A stretch of 64,000 nt of DNA, from positions 209,024 through 273,023 of the forward strand of contig CAWJEN010000003.1 of NCBI GenBank assembly GCA_963841915.1, read 5' to 3'. Both the position numbers and the translations under genes were made by a program. Source of the stretch: an uncultured Planctomycetota bacterium (GTDB lineage Bacteria; Planctomycetota; Phycisphaerae; Tepidisphaerales; Tepidisphaeraceae). A model generated the notes under the pieces. The model was not told the origin of the DNA and made no database searches. It saw only the letters and a list, made by a program, of their open reading frames with translations. Positions within the stretch are counted from its first letter, which is position 1. Each line of letters starts with the position of its first letter. Shown piece after piece: positions 1 through 9,709 of the stretch.

Positions 1-1102
1 TGTCCGTGCCGCCACCTTGTTGTCCGGCATATCCGCCGAGCACGAGCCGGCCGTCGCTGAGCGTCTGCACGCCGACGACCTCATTGGCAAATCCGAAGCC
101 GCGTCCGCCTGCCAGGCGTAGCCGCGGGTTGATCGCCAGCTGCCCGCTCGTGTTGTAGCGGACGATCTGGTTCTCGCCGTCGTCTTCGTTGATGCCGACG
201 ACCGGGCGACCTTGAGCGTCGAGCGTGACGCCGGTGGAGCGGAAGAAGTCGGTTCCGTTGAAGCCGACGAAGGCGTCGCCGCCGACGCCGAAGGACGTGT
301 CGAGCGTGCCGTTACCGCTGACCGCATAGAGCGAGCTACGCGGCGGCTTGCCGTCGGGGCCGAGCGACCCGCTGTCGATCTCGCGGACGTCGCCAAGTAC
401 GAGCAACCGCTGAGCATCACCGCCCTGCGGGGCCGGTACGACATCAACGACATCGAGGCTGATGAGCTCGTCGTCGAGATCGATGAGGTTGACCGGCGAC
501 CCGGTGGAGGCACCGCTTATCGTGAAGAACTGGACGACGGCTGCGTCGCCTTCGCCACCGACGTTGCCTGCCGCGACGAGGCGTCCGCTGCTGATCGTCA
601 GTTCAGGGGCGAAGCTGAGCGACAACACGCCGCCCGAGCCGAAGCTGCTGAGCAGTTGACCGGTCGTGCTGAGGCCGACGATTTCGCCGGCGTTGCCGTT
701 CTCGCGACCGACGAGCAACGTGCCGTTGGAGAGCGGAAGAAGATCGATTACGCCCGCGGCCGCGGCACGGTTGGGGAGCTCGACGATACCGTCGGAGCCG
801 AACGACGTGTCAAGCTGACCGTTCGCGGTGAGCTTGGCGATGAACTCTTGACTTTCGCTGCCCGAGCCGTCGAGCGTGAAGCCACCCGCATAGATGCTGC
901 CGTTCGGTGCGACGGCCAGCTCGACGATCGACTGGCTCGAGACACCGGGGGCCAGGTCGAAGGTAGCGAGGCCCGACGTGCCGAAGGACGAGACGAGCTC
1001 ACCCGCCGCCAGAAGGCGACGCCGTTCGAGTAGTTCCATCGGCGTCAGGAGAAGGGCGGGGGCGGTGGAGTGTGGCAAGGTGGGGCGGGCGATCGGTCGC
1101 AT
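1..1102 (-). CDS. Planctomycete extracellular (LEPR-XLL) protein with delta-60/DUF5122-like beta-propeller repeats; runs off the left window edge
   Basis: Missing from the ORF track (no stop inside window). Reverse translation from ATG 1102 gives MRPIARPTLPHSTAPALLLTPMELLERRRLLAAGELVSSFGTSG..., followed by recurring 'L..DG.LD.SFG..G' units (e.g. SLDGQLDTSFGSDG, SGNGTLDTSFGVGG). Confidence 0.8.
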   Translation of the reverse strand, partial: MRPIARPTLPHSTAPALLLTPMELLERRRLLAAGELVSSFGTSGLATFDLAPGVSSQSIVELAVAPNGSIYAGGFTLDGSGSESQEFIAKLTANGQLDTSFGSDGIVELPNRAAAAGVIDLLPLSNGTLLVGRENGNAGEIVGLSTTGQLLSSFGSGGVLSLSFAPELTISSGRLVAAGNVGGEGDAAVVQFFTISGASTGSPVNLIDLDDELISLDVVDVVPAPQGGDAQRLLVLGDVREIDSGSLGPDGKPPRSSLYAVSGNGTLDTSFGVGGDAFVGFNGTDFFRSTGVTLDAQGRPVVGINEDDGENQIVRYNTSGQLAINPRLRLAGGRGFGFANEVVGVQTLSDGRLVLGGYAGQQGGGTD

Positions 1103-1345
1103 CAGGAGCGATAAGATGTCGTTCAGAGCGGCTTGCGGGCGTGGCCGGCGGTCGACGGACACACGCGAAGTCTACTCGATAGTCTTGATCGTGGCCGCTG
1201 ACAAAGTTCGCACAGAACAGGGGACGAATGGTTCAACCTGGCGCCGCTTTGGTGCATTCGCGCGGTAACGACAGGACGGGCGGCTGACGTCGCCGGACCA
1301 TCGGGCGAGCGTGAGCAGGTGCTGCGGGCTATGTTGCAACGTCTT

Positions 1346-2680
1346 ATGAGCGAGCCGAGTCTTACCGCATCGCCCGCCGATCAGTTGCGCCGCCTCATCC
1401 GCGAGCGGAAGGCCGTGGTCGGCGTTATCGGACTTGGATACGTCGGGCTGCCCCTGCTGGCTGCGTTTCACAAGGCCGGGTTCAGCGTCATCGGCTTCGA
1501 GAAGAACCCGGCGCACCTCGAGATGCTGCGTCGCGGCGAAACCTATCTGACGCACCTGGGCAACTCGCTCGTGAGCGACATGATCGGCGACCGGTTCGTT
1601 GCGACGGATGACGCATCTCGGATGGGCGAGTGCGACGTGCTGCTCAGTTGTGTCCCAACGCCGCTCGGGCCGCACCTAGACCCGGATCTGTCGGCCGTCC
1701 GCGGGGCCGCCGAGGAGGCGGCAGCAACGCTTCGGCCCGGGCAGTTGCTCGTCCTTGAAAGCTCGACCTACCCGCGGACCACGCGGGAGATCATGCTGCC
1801 GCCCTGCGAGGCCCGCGGCATGACCCTGGGCCAGGACCTTTTCATGGCTTACTCGCCCGAACGCGAGGATCCGGGCAGCAAAAACTTCAGTACGACGACA
1901 ATTCCCAAGCTCGTCGGCGGGCTCGACCCGGTCAGCGGCGAGCTGGCGCGGGACCTTTACGAGGCGGCCATCGATGCGCAGATCGTGCTCGTCGAGTCGG
2001 CCGAGATTGCCGAGGCGGCCAAGCTGCTGGAGAACATCTATCGAGCCGTCAACATCGCGATGGTCAACGAGATGAAGGTCGTGCTCGACACGATGGGCAT
2101 CGACATTTGGAAGGTCGTCGAGGCCGCCAAGACCAAGCCCTTCGGCTTTCAGGCGTTCTATCCTGGCCCCGGACTCGGCGGGCACTGCATTCCGATCGAC
2201 CCGTACTACCTGACGTGGAAGGCCCGGGAGTACGGCCGCACGACGAGGTTCATCGAGCTGGCCGGCGAGGTGAACCGCGCGATGCCCGAGTACGTCGTCG
2301 ACCGGACCCAGGACGCCCTCAACACCGCCGGCAAAGCCGTGCACGGCAGCCGGATTCTGGTGCTGGGGCTGGCGTACAAGCCCGACGTCGACGACGTTCG
2401 GGAGTCACCAAGTTTCGAGCTGATCCAACGCCTTGAGAAGCTCGGCGGCTTGGTCGACTACCACGATCCGCACGTCGCCCACACGCCGTCCATGCGGCAC
2501 TACGACGTCGACAAGGCGAGCGTTGATTTCACCGGTGACGCTGTGGCGGCTTATGACTGCGTCGTCGTCGCGACCAACCACGCCGCGATCGACTGGCAGA
2601 TCGTCGCCGACCGGTCGAAGCTGATCGTCGACACGCGGAACGCACTCGACGGCTTCGGCGGCAACGTCGTCAAGGCTTGA
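1346..2680 (+). CDS. UDP-N-acetyl-hexosamine/nucleotide-sugar 6-dehydrogenase (WbpA/WecC family)
   Basis: GLGYVGLP Rossmann motif, ESSTYP, SPEREDPG, AKLLENIYRAVNIA, catalytic GGHCIP, GLAYKPDVDDVRESP. Start is uncertain (1319/1331/1346). Confidence 0.92.
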   Translation: MSEPSLTASPADQLRRLIRERKAVVGVIGLGYVGLPLLAAFHKAGFSVIGFEKNPAHLEMLRRGETYLTHLGNSLVSDMIGDRFVATDDASRMGECDVLLSCVPTPLGPHLDPDLSAVRGAAEEAAATLRPGQLLVLESSTYPRTTREIMLPPCEARGMTLGQDLFMAYSPEREDPGSKNFSTTTIPKLVGGLDPVSGELARDLYEAAIDAQIVLVESAEIAEAAKLLENIYRAVNIAMVNEMKVVLDTMGIDIWKVVEAAKTKPFGFQAFYPGPGLGGHCIPIDPYYLTWKAREYGRTTRFIELAGEVNRAMPEYVVDRTQDALNTAGKAVHGSRILVLGLAYKPDVDDVRESPSFELIQRLEKLGGLVDYHDPHVAHTPSMRHYDVDKASVDFTGDAVAAYDCVVVATNHAAIDWQIVADRSKLIVDTRNALDGFGGNVVKA

Positions 2681-2743
2681 GCGGAGCGACCTTGCTAACG
2701 CACATCGGGTGATGGAGCAACAAGGTGCACGCTGCTCGATCGC

Positions 2744-3520
2744 TCATCTGCACACAAGGCCCCGCGGCCGCGTCGCCAGCGCACCGGCCGTGTACGCCAG
2801 GTCATGAAACAACTCAATCGCCTCCAATTGAAGCGGGCCGATGTCGAAGCGAAGGTGCTCGGTGTAGTACCGCAACGCCACCTCTGCAGGCCAGCCACGC
2901 GGAACGGCATGCTCGGTGACAATTTGCGGCAACCGATGCATCCCACGTTCCCTAGCCGACGCGAGTTGCTCAGGCAGGTCGCCTAGGTCCACGCCCACTC
3001 GTGCGACCCACACCGCAAATACGAACGGCAGCCCCGTGAGCTGCTTCCACGCACCGCCGAGGTCGAGCTGGTGGTCGAATTGTTTCGGCTCGTCCAGCAC
3101 GACCTTGTCGCCGATGAGCAGCCGCGGCGTATCGGCGGCGGCGTCACGCAGGTCGATGTAGCGCGGGAGAAACCCATACTGCTTCTGAAAGATGATCCTT
3201 GATAATGCCACGCTCGTGTGGCTGTCGGGGTCGACGGCGAGCGTCGTCACCTCCGCCAACGGCACGCGGCTGAACAGACGCACGGTCAGCGTCGGCCCGT
3301 CGCAGCCGATCCCGCCGACGGGCAGGACGACAAGGTTGGGTTCTCGCTGCAGATCTATGGTCGGCAGCAGGGCGATGTCGGCAGATCCATCACGAAGTCG
3401 CCCGACCAGGTCGCTCGGCACCTCGAAGCTCAGGTCGCAATGCTGATGCAGCCCTTCGACGAGCGGCCTCGCGTTGATGTAGCCGACGCTGGCGACGCGA
3501 AGTTGCTTGCAGCTGGCCAC
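2744..3520 (-). CDS. mqnA: Chorismate dehydratase (futalosine menaquinone pathway)
   Basis: VGYINARPL, SHTSVAL, LLIGD, DLGGAWKQLTGLPFVFAVW motifs of MqnA. Confidence 0.9.
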   Translation of the reverse strand: MASCKQLRVASVGYINARPLVEGLHQHCDLSFEVPSDLVGRLRDGSADIALLPTIDLQREPNLVVLPVGGIGCDGPTLTVRLFSRVPLAEVTTLAVDPDSHTSVALSRIIFQKQYGFLPRYIDLRDAAADTPRLLIGDKVVLDEPKQFDHQLDLGGAWKQLTGLPFVFAVWVARVGVDLGDLPEQLASARERGMHRLPQIVTEHAVPRGWPAEVALRYYTEHLRFDIGPLQLEAIELFHDLAYTAGALATRPRGLVCR

Positions 3521-3627
3521 AACTCAACCTAGCGGCGGCCCGGACGCGCAGCTTCAAATTGCCGCCACATGCAGACTCCTTTTCCTAAAGCCTCACCCGC
3601 GGCATCCGTCTTGCCGTACCGTGTGGC

Positions 3628-4311
3628 ATGACGGCGACAGCGGTAGCCGAACCAGAACAAGATGAAACCGACGCGTCACCGGCGACGGTGGTCGTGGAGG
3701 GCAATGTGGACGAGCCGCCCCGCGCGACGTGGGTCGACCGGGCCGAGGCGTTTCTGAGCCGTTTGAGCACGCGGGACAACTTCTGGCACCGCATCTTCAG
3801 CCTGCTGTTCCTGCCGCTGGCCTTCTGGAGCGGCATCCGGATGCGAAAGACAGGCGCATCTGTGTCGGAAGACGGCACGAACAGCTTCGTCGCGGTGCTG
3901 CCGTTCAAGAAGTTCAACAAGAACTGGTACAATGCAATGGCTGGCGCGAGCCTGCTGGCCAACACTGAGATCGCGGCCGGGATGTACGTCTTTGGCGAAT
4001 GCGGCGGCGACTACACCGTTGTCTGCAAGAACCTCAACTACACGTTTCTGCGTCCGTGCCTGGGGCCGGCTGTGTACCGCATGACGCCGTCTGATGATCT
4101 CAAGCGAATGGTCGATGCCGGCGGCGAGTTCAACGTTGCACTCGAAGTTGACATTCGGCAGCTCAGCGTCTCGGCCGGTGAACGCGAAAAACGTGTCGGT
4201 AAGGCGGAGATCACGTTCCACGTCATGCCCAAGCGGCAGGCTAAGGAGCGGAAGCAGAAGATGAAGGATCGCGACAAGCGGAACAAACTGCTCGCGAAGC
4301 AAACGTCCTGA
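3628..4311 (+). CDS. Hotdog-fold/thioesterase-like protein
   Basis: N.NWYNAMAGASLLANTEIAAG helix followed by 'VVCKNLNYTFLRP' strand, typical of PaaI/DUF4442-like hotdog folds. Confidence 0.55.
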   Translation: MTATAVAEPEQDETDASPATVVVEGNVDEPPRATWVDRAEAFLSRLSTRDNFWHRIFSLLFLPLAFWSGIRMRKTGASVSEDGTNSFVAVLPFKKFNKNWYNAMAGASLLANTEIAAGMYVFGECGGDYTVVCKNLNYTFLRPCLGPAVYRMTPSDDLKRMVDAGGEFNVALEVDIRQLSVSAGEREKRVGKAEITFHVMPKRQAKERKQKMKDRDKRNKLLAKQTS

Positions 4312-4365
4312 TGCGGGCGAAGCTCGCTTGGACGACCCGTTGCCGCCGAGCCCTATCGTCGCGAC

Positions 4366-5792
4366 GTGTATGACGTTTTGACGCTCGACCCGGTGCCGAC
4401 ACTGCAAGCGCGTCTGCGGGCAGAGCTTGCTTTCGCATTTGGTGCGGGTAAGCCGACGCGGTTCGCCCGCGCGCCGGACGACTCGACGTCATGGGCGGGA
4501 TCGCCGACTACACCGGCAGCACCGTGCTGGAGATGCCGCTGGCCGAGGCGGCGGCCGTTGGACTACAACGGCGGGACGACAAGCAGGTCCAGGCCTTCAG
4601 CTTCAACCTGCTCGACGACCACAAGCCGTTTCAGTTCCAGATTCCGCTCCAATCGCTTGCCTCGCCGCTTGCGGACCTCCGCAAAGAGCTTGCCGCACCA
4701 GGCCGCGACTGGGCCGGTTATGTCGTCGGCTGCCTGGCGGTTCTGCACGATGACGGCTTTGTCGACGTGAACGCACTGCCGCACGGCTTCAACATCGCCG
4801 TCTACAGCACCGTTCCCAGTGGCGGCGGTGTCAGCAGCTCGGCCGCCGTCGAAGTGGCCGTCATGAACGCACTCGTCGACGAACTCGGCATCACGGTGCT
4901 TCGCGACGAGCCGGTCCGACTGGCCGCCCTGTGCCAGAGGGCAGAGAACGAGGTCGTCGGCGCACCGTGCGGCGTCATGGATCAGGTCGCCAGTCATTGC
5001 GGCGAAGCGGGCAAGCTGCTTCGCATGCGGTGTCAACCGCACGACGTGCTCGACCCGCTCGAGCTGCCGCCGGGCGTGAAAGTGGTCGGCATCAACACCA
5101 ACGTCAAGCACAGCGTCGGCGGCGGGGCGTACGGCCGCACCCGCGCTGCAGCGTTCATCGGCCACATGCTCGTCGTCGACCACATGCACGACCTCGCCAC
5201 CGAGGCTCGAAAAACCATGACGGCCGACCCAACGCAGGGCTACCTCGCCAACCTCGAGCCCGATGATTACAAGCGGTACTTTCGCCCGATCCTGCCCGAG
5301 GCCATGACCGGCCGGACGTTCTTGGAGCAGCACGACACGCACGGCGACCCGGTGACGACGCTCGACCCCGACGTCGCCTATCGCGTGCAGGCTGCGTGCG
5401 ATCATCACGTGCTCGAGGCCCAGCGCGTCCGCCGGTTTATCGACTTCATCGAGCGGATGGACGAGCACGGCCGCGAGAAGGCGCTGCGATCGTGCGGCCA
5501 CCTCATGTACGCCAGCCACAAGAGCTACACCGACAACGCCGGCCTCGGTGCGACCGAGTGCGACGTGGTCGTGGAGCTGGTCAAAGCCAACGAGTCGGCC
5601 GGCCTGTACGGGGCGAAGATAACCGGTGGCGGCTCGGGCGGCACGGTGGCCGTGCTGCTCGACGACACGACCAAGGCGCGGGCCGGACTCGACATCGTGC
5701 TCGTCGATTACGCCACGAGAACCTTGCTGACGCCGCAGTTGCTCGATGGCTCGTCTCCCGGTGCCGCGGCGGTCGGCTCGAGTACCGTGTGA
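4366..5792 (+). CDS. GHMP-family sugar kinase (galactokinase/L-arabinokinase-like), split by a 1-nt deletion near 4476
   Basis: ORF 4366 ends ...FARAP and ORF 4491 begins MGGIADYTGS. Adding one G at 4476-4477 restores RAPGRLDVMGGIADYTGS. Also has PSGGGVSSSAA, CGVMDQ and GAKITGGGSGG motifs. Confidence 0.88.
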
Positions 5793-5847
5793 TAAGCGCG
5801 TACTTGCCGCACGTGTTGCGGTTCGCCAACGTACAACAGCCGCAGGC

Positions 5848-7053
5848 ATGGAGGCCTCGACCCGCACATCTTCGCTTCAGCTTCGTCTTGCTGCCGCCTG
5901 GCAGCAACTGGCGCTGGCGTCGAACTGGCCGCTCCTGCTTGCGGTCGGCATCTTGTGCGGGGTCGGCCTGCTCACGATCGGCAGCGTCGAGCCCGACGTC
6001 GCACGCACGCAGGCCGTCTATCTGGCCATTGGCGTCGTGGCGATGATCCTGTTCCAGGCCGTCAACTACGCCCAACTTGGCAGGATCGCGCTGCCGTTCT
6101 ACCTCGTCAGCCTCGCCCTCGTCGGCGTAACGGTGGCAGGCTCCATGGTCCCGATTCCATTTGCTCCACGCATCAACGGAGCGTGCAACTGGATCCGCAT
6201 CGGCCCTGCCAGCATCCAACCGGCCGAGCTGATGAAGATCAGCTACATCATGCTGCTCGCACGGTTCCTCCGCTACCGCACCAATCAGCGGACGGTGCGT
6301 GGCCTGCTCTGGCCTATCGGGCTGGCGGCGGTGCCGATGGCGTTGATTCTGAAGCAGCCGGACCTCGGCACGTGCCTCGTGTTCGTGCCGACGACATTGG
6401 CGATGCTGTTCGTGGCCGGTGCCAAGCTCAAGCACTTCTTTGCCGCTGTTGGCGTCGGCTTCGTGCTCCTGCCGATCCTGTGGCTCAGCGGCCAATCGCA
6501 CGTGCCCGTCCTGAAGTACGGGCCCGACCTCGTCAAGACGTATCAGCGCGATCGCGTCGTCGCCATGTTCAAGACCGACGAGTCGACGCTGCAGGGTACC
6601 GGCTACCAGCAGTTCTACGGCCTGGCCGCCATGGGCTCCGGCGGGCTCGGCGGCAAAGGGCCCGGTATCACGCCCGTCGGCGAGAAGGTGCCTGAAAGTC
6701 AGAACGACATGGTCTTCGTCGTCGTCGGTGAGCAGTTCGGCTTCATCGGTAGCTTCGTCGTCATCGCCGCGTACATCGTGCTATTCGTCGCGGCCATCGA
6801 GGTGGCGACGCACACGAAGGAACCATTCGGTCGCCTCGTCGCCGTCGGCGTCACCGCTGCGTTGGCCGGTCAAACATTCGTGAATCTGGCGGTCGCGACC
6901 AAACTCATGCCGGTGACAGGCGTCACGCTTCCGTTCATCTCCAGCGGCGGCAGCAGCCTCATCGCCAGCTTCATGGCCATCGGCATCCTGTTCAACATCG
7001 GCCAGCACCGCCCACTGCTCCTGGCCCGCGAGGCCTTCAGCTTCGACCGGTGA
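5848..7053 (+). CDS. rodA: SEDS-family peptidoglycan glycosyltransferase (RodA/FtsW)
   Basis: INGACNWI, SIQPAELMK, KQPDLGT, GYQQ..G..A.GSGG..GKG, PESQNDM, GVTLPFISSGGSS; about 10 TM helices. Confidence 0.85.
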   Translation: MEASTRTSSLQLRLAAAWQQLALASNWPLLLAVGILCGVGLLTIGSVEPDVARTQAVYLAIGVVAMILFQAVNYAQLGRIALPFYLVSLALVGVTVAGSMVPIPFAPRINGACNWIRIGPASIQPAELMKISYIMLLARFLRYRTNQRTVRGLLWPIGLAAVPMALILKQPDLGTCLVFVPTTLAMLFVAGAKLKHFFAAVGVGFVLLPILWLSGQSHVPVLKYGPDLVKTYQRDRVVAMFKTDESTLQGTGYQQFYGLAAMGSGGLGGKGPGITPVGEKVPESQNDMVFVVVGEQFGFIGSFVVIAAYIVLFVAAIEVATHTKEPFGRLVAVGVTAALAGQTFVNLAVATKLMPVTGVTLPFISSGGSSLIASFMAIGILFNIGQHRPLLLAREAFSFDR

Positions 7054-7234
7054 AACGGGTCAAGCCGTTCAATCGCTCATGCAAGTTGCAGTTCAGCGGG
7101 TTCAAAGGGACTCGGCGAGTCGGCATCGATCTTCTTGCTGCTGTGACCTCCGACGCTTGCACCGTCGGTTGCTAAAGGTTGTCTGAGGAGTCCTGCTGCC
7201 GACGGTGGGGTCGGACGTTTGCCTACCTTCTGAG

Positions 7235-7741
7235 GTGCGACGCCTACTGGTCTTAATCGTACTGACAAGTCTGATCGGCTGTGCGTCGCCGGCGGCGCGG
7301 CGGGATGCGACGTTCGGGCCGGTCGGGGTCCGGATCAGCCCGACGTTCAGCCGTGTTGCCGACGGCAGGCTTGAAGCAGACGTCGAACTTCGCGACGCGT
7401 ACGGCGACAGCGTCAAGGGCGGAGGCGTGGTGACGCTGCGGCTCTTCAGCTACGACCCGAAGGCACCGCTCGTGCAGGGTCGCGAGATCGGAACAAGCGC
7501 CGAATACGACCTGGGGACCGTCGCGGCACAGCGGCGGCATTGGCAGTCGGTGAGTCAGACCTATCTCTTCGACCTTCGTCGCGACGGCGTGCAGGATGAT
7601 CGGCCTTACCTGCTCGTCGCCTCCTACGAAGAGCCGGCCGACCGAGTCCTTGCGACGACGCAGCCGGCGGGGGAGCAGGCGCAGGCATTTCGCGTGTTCG
7701 ACCGGGCCGTCCTGCGGCCACGGCCTGGAGCCGGTGGTTGA
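7235..7741 (+). CDS. Hypothetical lipoprotein
   Basis: (M)RRLLVLIVLTSLIGC lipobox-type signal; GTG 7235 is preceded by TACCTT at 7224-7229. Confidence 0.65.
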   Translation: MRRLLVLIVLTSLIGCASPAARRDATFGPVGVRISPTFSRVADGRLEADVELRDAYGDSVKGGGVVTLRLFSYDPKAPLVQGREIGTSAEYDLGTVAAQRRHWQSVSQTYLFDLRRDGVQDDRPYLLVASYEEPADRVLATTQPAGEQAQAFRVFDRAVLRPRPGAGG

Positions 7742-7784
7742 ACGAGTTCCGCATCGGCGGCAAGGTCGCTACGCTGGCGACGAC

Positions 7785-8615
7785 ATGTTCGGTTCCATCG
7801 CCAACTTCTTTCGCAAAATAGGGTACCTGCTCACCGGCAAGGTCGACGACGCCAGTCGCGGCATGGCCGAAAATCCGCAGGTGATTCGCGCCACCTTTGA
7901 ACGCGTCATTCGCGAGAAAAAGCAGCGTCTAGATCAGTACAAGAACGCGGTCGCCCGCATGATCGCCCAGGAAGAGGGCAAGCTGGCTCGCCTGAAGGAT
8001 CTGACGAAGGAGATCGAACGGCTCGAACAGCTTAAGCAAGGCGCTGCCGCCAAGGCCAAGCAGGTCGTTACCTGGCTGCAGGGCGAAGGCAAGAGCATGG
8101 ACGAGATCAAGGCCAACGCCGACTACCAGAAGTGCCTGGCAGCGTTCAACGACTTCGACAGCTCGCTGAAGGAAAAGGAAGGGCACGTCATCGAGCTCGA
8201 GAGCGATGTCAAGGACATTCAGTCCACCGTCAGCCACCACAAGGTGCAGCTCCAGACATTGCTCCGCGAGATCGATCAGATCAAGGGTGAGAGCGAAGCC
8301 ACGGTGGCCGACGTCATTACGGCTACGGAGGAGAAACAGATCAACGACATGCTGGCGGGCGTAAGCACTGACCGCACGGGTCGCGAGCTCGAAGAGTTGC
8401 GTGGCCTTCGCCAGCAGGCCAAGGCCTCTGCACGGGTCAGCCGCGAGATGGCCGGGACCGACACGAAGGTGCAGGAAGAAGAATTCCTCGACTACGCCAG
8501 CAAGTCGGCGGCATCGACCGAATTCGACAAGCTCATCGGCCTGGCCGAGTCGGCAGACGCGACCAATACGCCACCCGAGCGTGAGAGTGAGCCGGTTCGC
8601 CTGCCCGAGTCGTAA
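7785..8615 (+). CDS. PspA/IM30(Vipp1)-like coiled-coil protein
   Basis: Amphipathic N-terminal helix MFGSIANFFRKIGYLL, 'ENP' turn, long coiled-coil hairpin and C-terminal 'EEEFLDY...EFDKL'; strongly biased codon usage. Confidence 0.6.
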   Translation: MFGSIANFFRKIGYLLTGKVDDASRGMAENPQVIRATFERVIREKKQRLDQYKNAVARMIAQEEGKLARLKDLTKEIERLEQLKQGAAAKAKQVVTWLQGEGKSMDEIKANADYQKCLAAFNDFDSSLKEKEGHVIELESDVKDIQSTVSHHKVQLQTLLREIDQIKGESEATVADVITATEEKQINDMLAGVSTDRTGRELEELRGLRQQAKASARVSREMAGTDTKVQEEEFLDYASKSAASTEFDKLIGLAESADATNTPPERESEPVRLPES

Positions 8616-8713
8616 GGTTTGGCCAGCGGGCGCGACAACGCCGTGTCCGAGCTGCGTCCACGCGGCCGGTGCACGCGTATAACGTCATACTCCCGCCAAT
8701 CCCTCTGATCTCG

Positions 8714-9685
8714 ATGACACGAATGCTGCTTCCCTCTTCCCGCCGACGCGCTTTTACGCTTGTTGAGCTTCTCGTCGTCATCGGCATCATCGCGTTGCTG
8801 ATCGGCATCCTGCTGCCGACGCTGAACCGAGCCCGCTCGTCGGCCAAGGTCGTCGCGTGCCTCAGCAACGTGCGGCAGCTCGGCACCGGCATCGCTGGCT
8901 ATGTCGCAGAAGAGCAGGGCTCGCTGCCGGAGGCCGTTTACAACAACAAGACAGGCCTCTTGAGCCCGGTGGGCGTGAGCACAGCTCGTGGCATGGACAT
9001 GCCGACGTGGTTCGAATTTCCCAACAGCGGCTTCTCGTTCGGCAGCTTTGGGAATCCCGCGGCAGCGCCGACGGTCTACATCCTGCCGACCATCGGCGAG
9101 GCGCTCATCCCGTTCAACGACGAGTCTGGTGAGGGTGTCTGGCAGTGCCCCAACGGAGGCGCGGACTACAACGCCAAGGACCCATTTGAAGTCGACGGTG
9201 ACAATCCGCTGACTGGAACAACGGCGCCGAACGTCTGGCTGCCGAATTACTATTACCAGGCAAACAAGCTGTACCTGCCGTTCAGCAATCCGAGCGTCGC
9301 GACCACGCGCGTGAAGTCGCCTGATGGAGTTGCAGCACCATTCAATGCGGCCGACTGGACCGTCCGCAACGTCAGCGGCCTCAAGGCCGCCGCCGCCCGT
9401 CCGCTTGAAGGTGGCGGGAGCGACGTCGTCGTCTTCGGCGAGTACAAAAGCACGTTCCACACCAGCAGCGACAAAGACGTCTACCAGCTGCAAGAAGACG
9501 AAGAGACCGAGTATCTCGGCAACTACGCGTATCTTGACGGCCACGGCGAAACGCAGCGGTACGAAGACCGCGACGGCTACATGGCCCAGTTGCACAACCC
9601 GATTCCGCAGAAGTGGTTCGGCGTCAACTTCCAGGAGCAATTCCCCGAGCAGTACGACGTCGCCAACTGGTACTTCAACCAGTAA
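8714..9685 (+). CDS. Prepilin-type N-terminal cleavage/methylation protein with C-terminal H-x9-DG-type motif (DUF1559-like, planctomycete-expanded family)
   Basis: RRAFTLVELLVVIGIIALLIGILLPTLNRAR...CLSNVRQLG; WQCP; GNYAYLDGHGE. Confidence 0.9.
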   Translation: MTRMLLPSSRRRAFTLVELLVVIGIIALLIGILLPTLNRARSSAKVVACLSNVRQLGTGIAGYVAEEQGSLPEAVYNNKTGLLSPVGVSTARGMDMPTWFEFPNSGFSFGSFGNPAAAPTVYILPTIGEALIPFNDESGEGVWQCPNGGADYNAKDPFEVDGDNPLTGTTAPNVWLPNYYYQANKLYLPFSNPSVATTRVKSPDGVAAPFNAADWTVRNVSGLKAAAARPLEGGGSDVVVFGEYKSTFHTSSDKDVYQLQEDEETEYLGNYAYLDGHGETQRYEDRDGYMAQLHNPIPQKWFGVNFQEQFPEQYDVANWYFNQ

Positions 9686-9709
9686 GCCTGGCGTGCCGGC
9701 TCGGCCTGA

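Noticed and set aside
212..1033. 273-aa plus-strand ORF, and many similar long antisense ORFs (e.g. 4563-5867, 30249-31253, 41201-42232, 42552-43772)
   Set aside because: Shadow frames of real genes on the opposite strand, expected in high-GC DNA; no recognisable motifs.
4470..4480. Frameshifts at 4476 and 29035 as programmed recoding or phase variation
   Set aside because: Only GG/GGG runs, with no slippery heptamer or long tract; assembly error is more parsimonious.
7077..7125. Minus-strand peptide ending ADSPSPFEPAELQLA*, reminiscent of a tmRNA tag
   Set aside because: No tRNA-like ends (GGGG..., TTCRA...CCA), the gap is too short, and it does not end in LAA.
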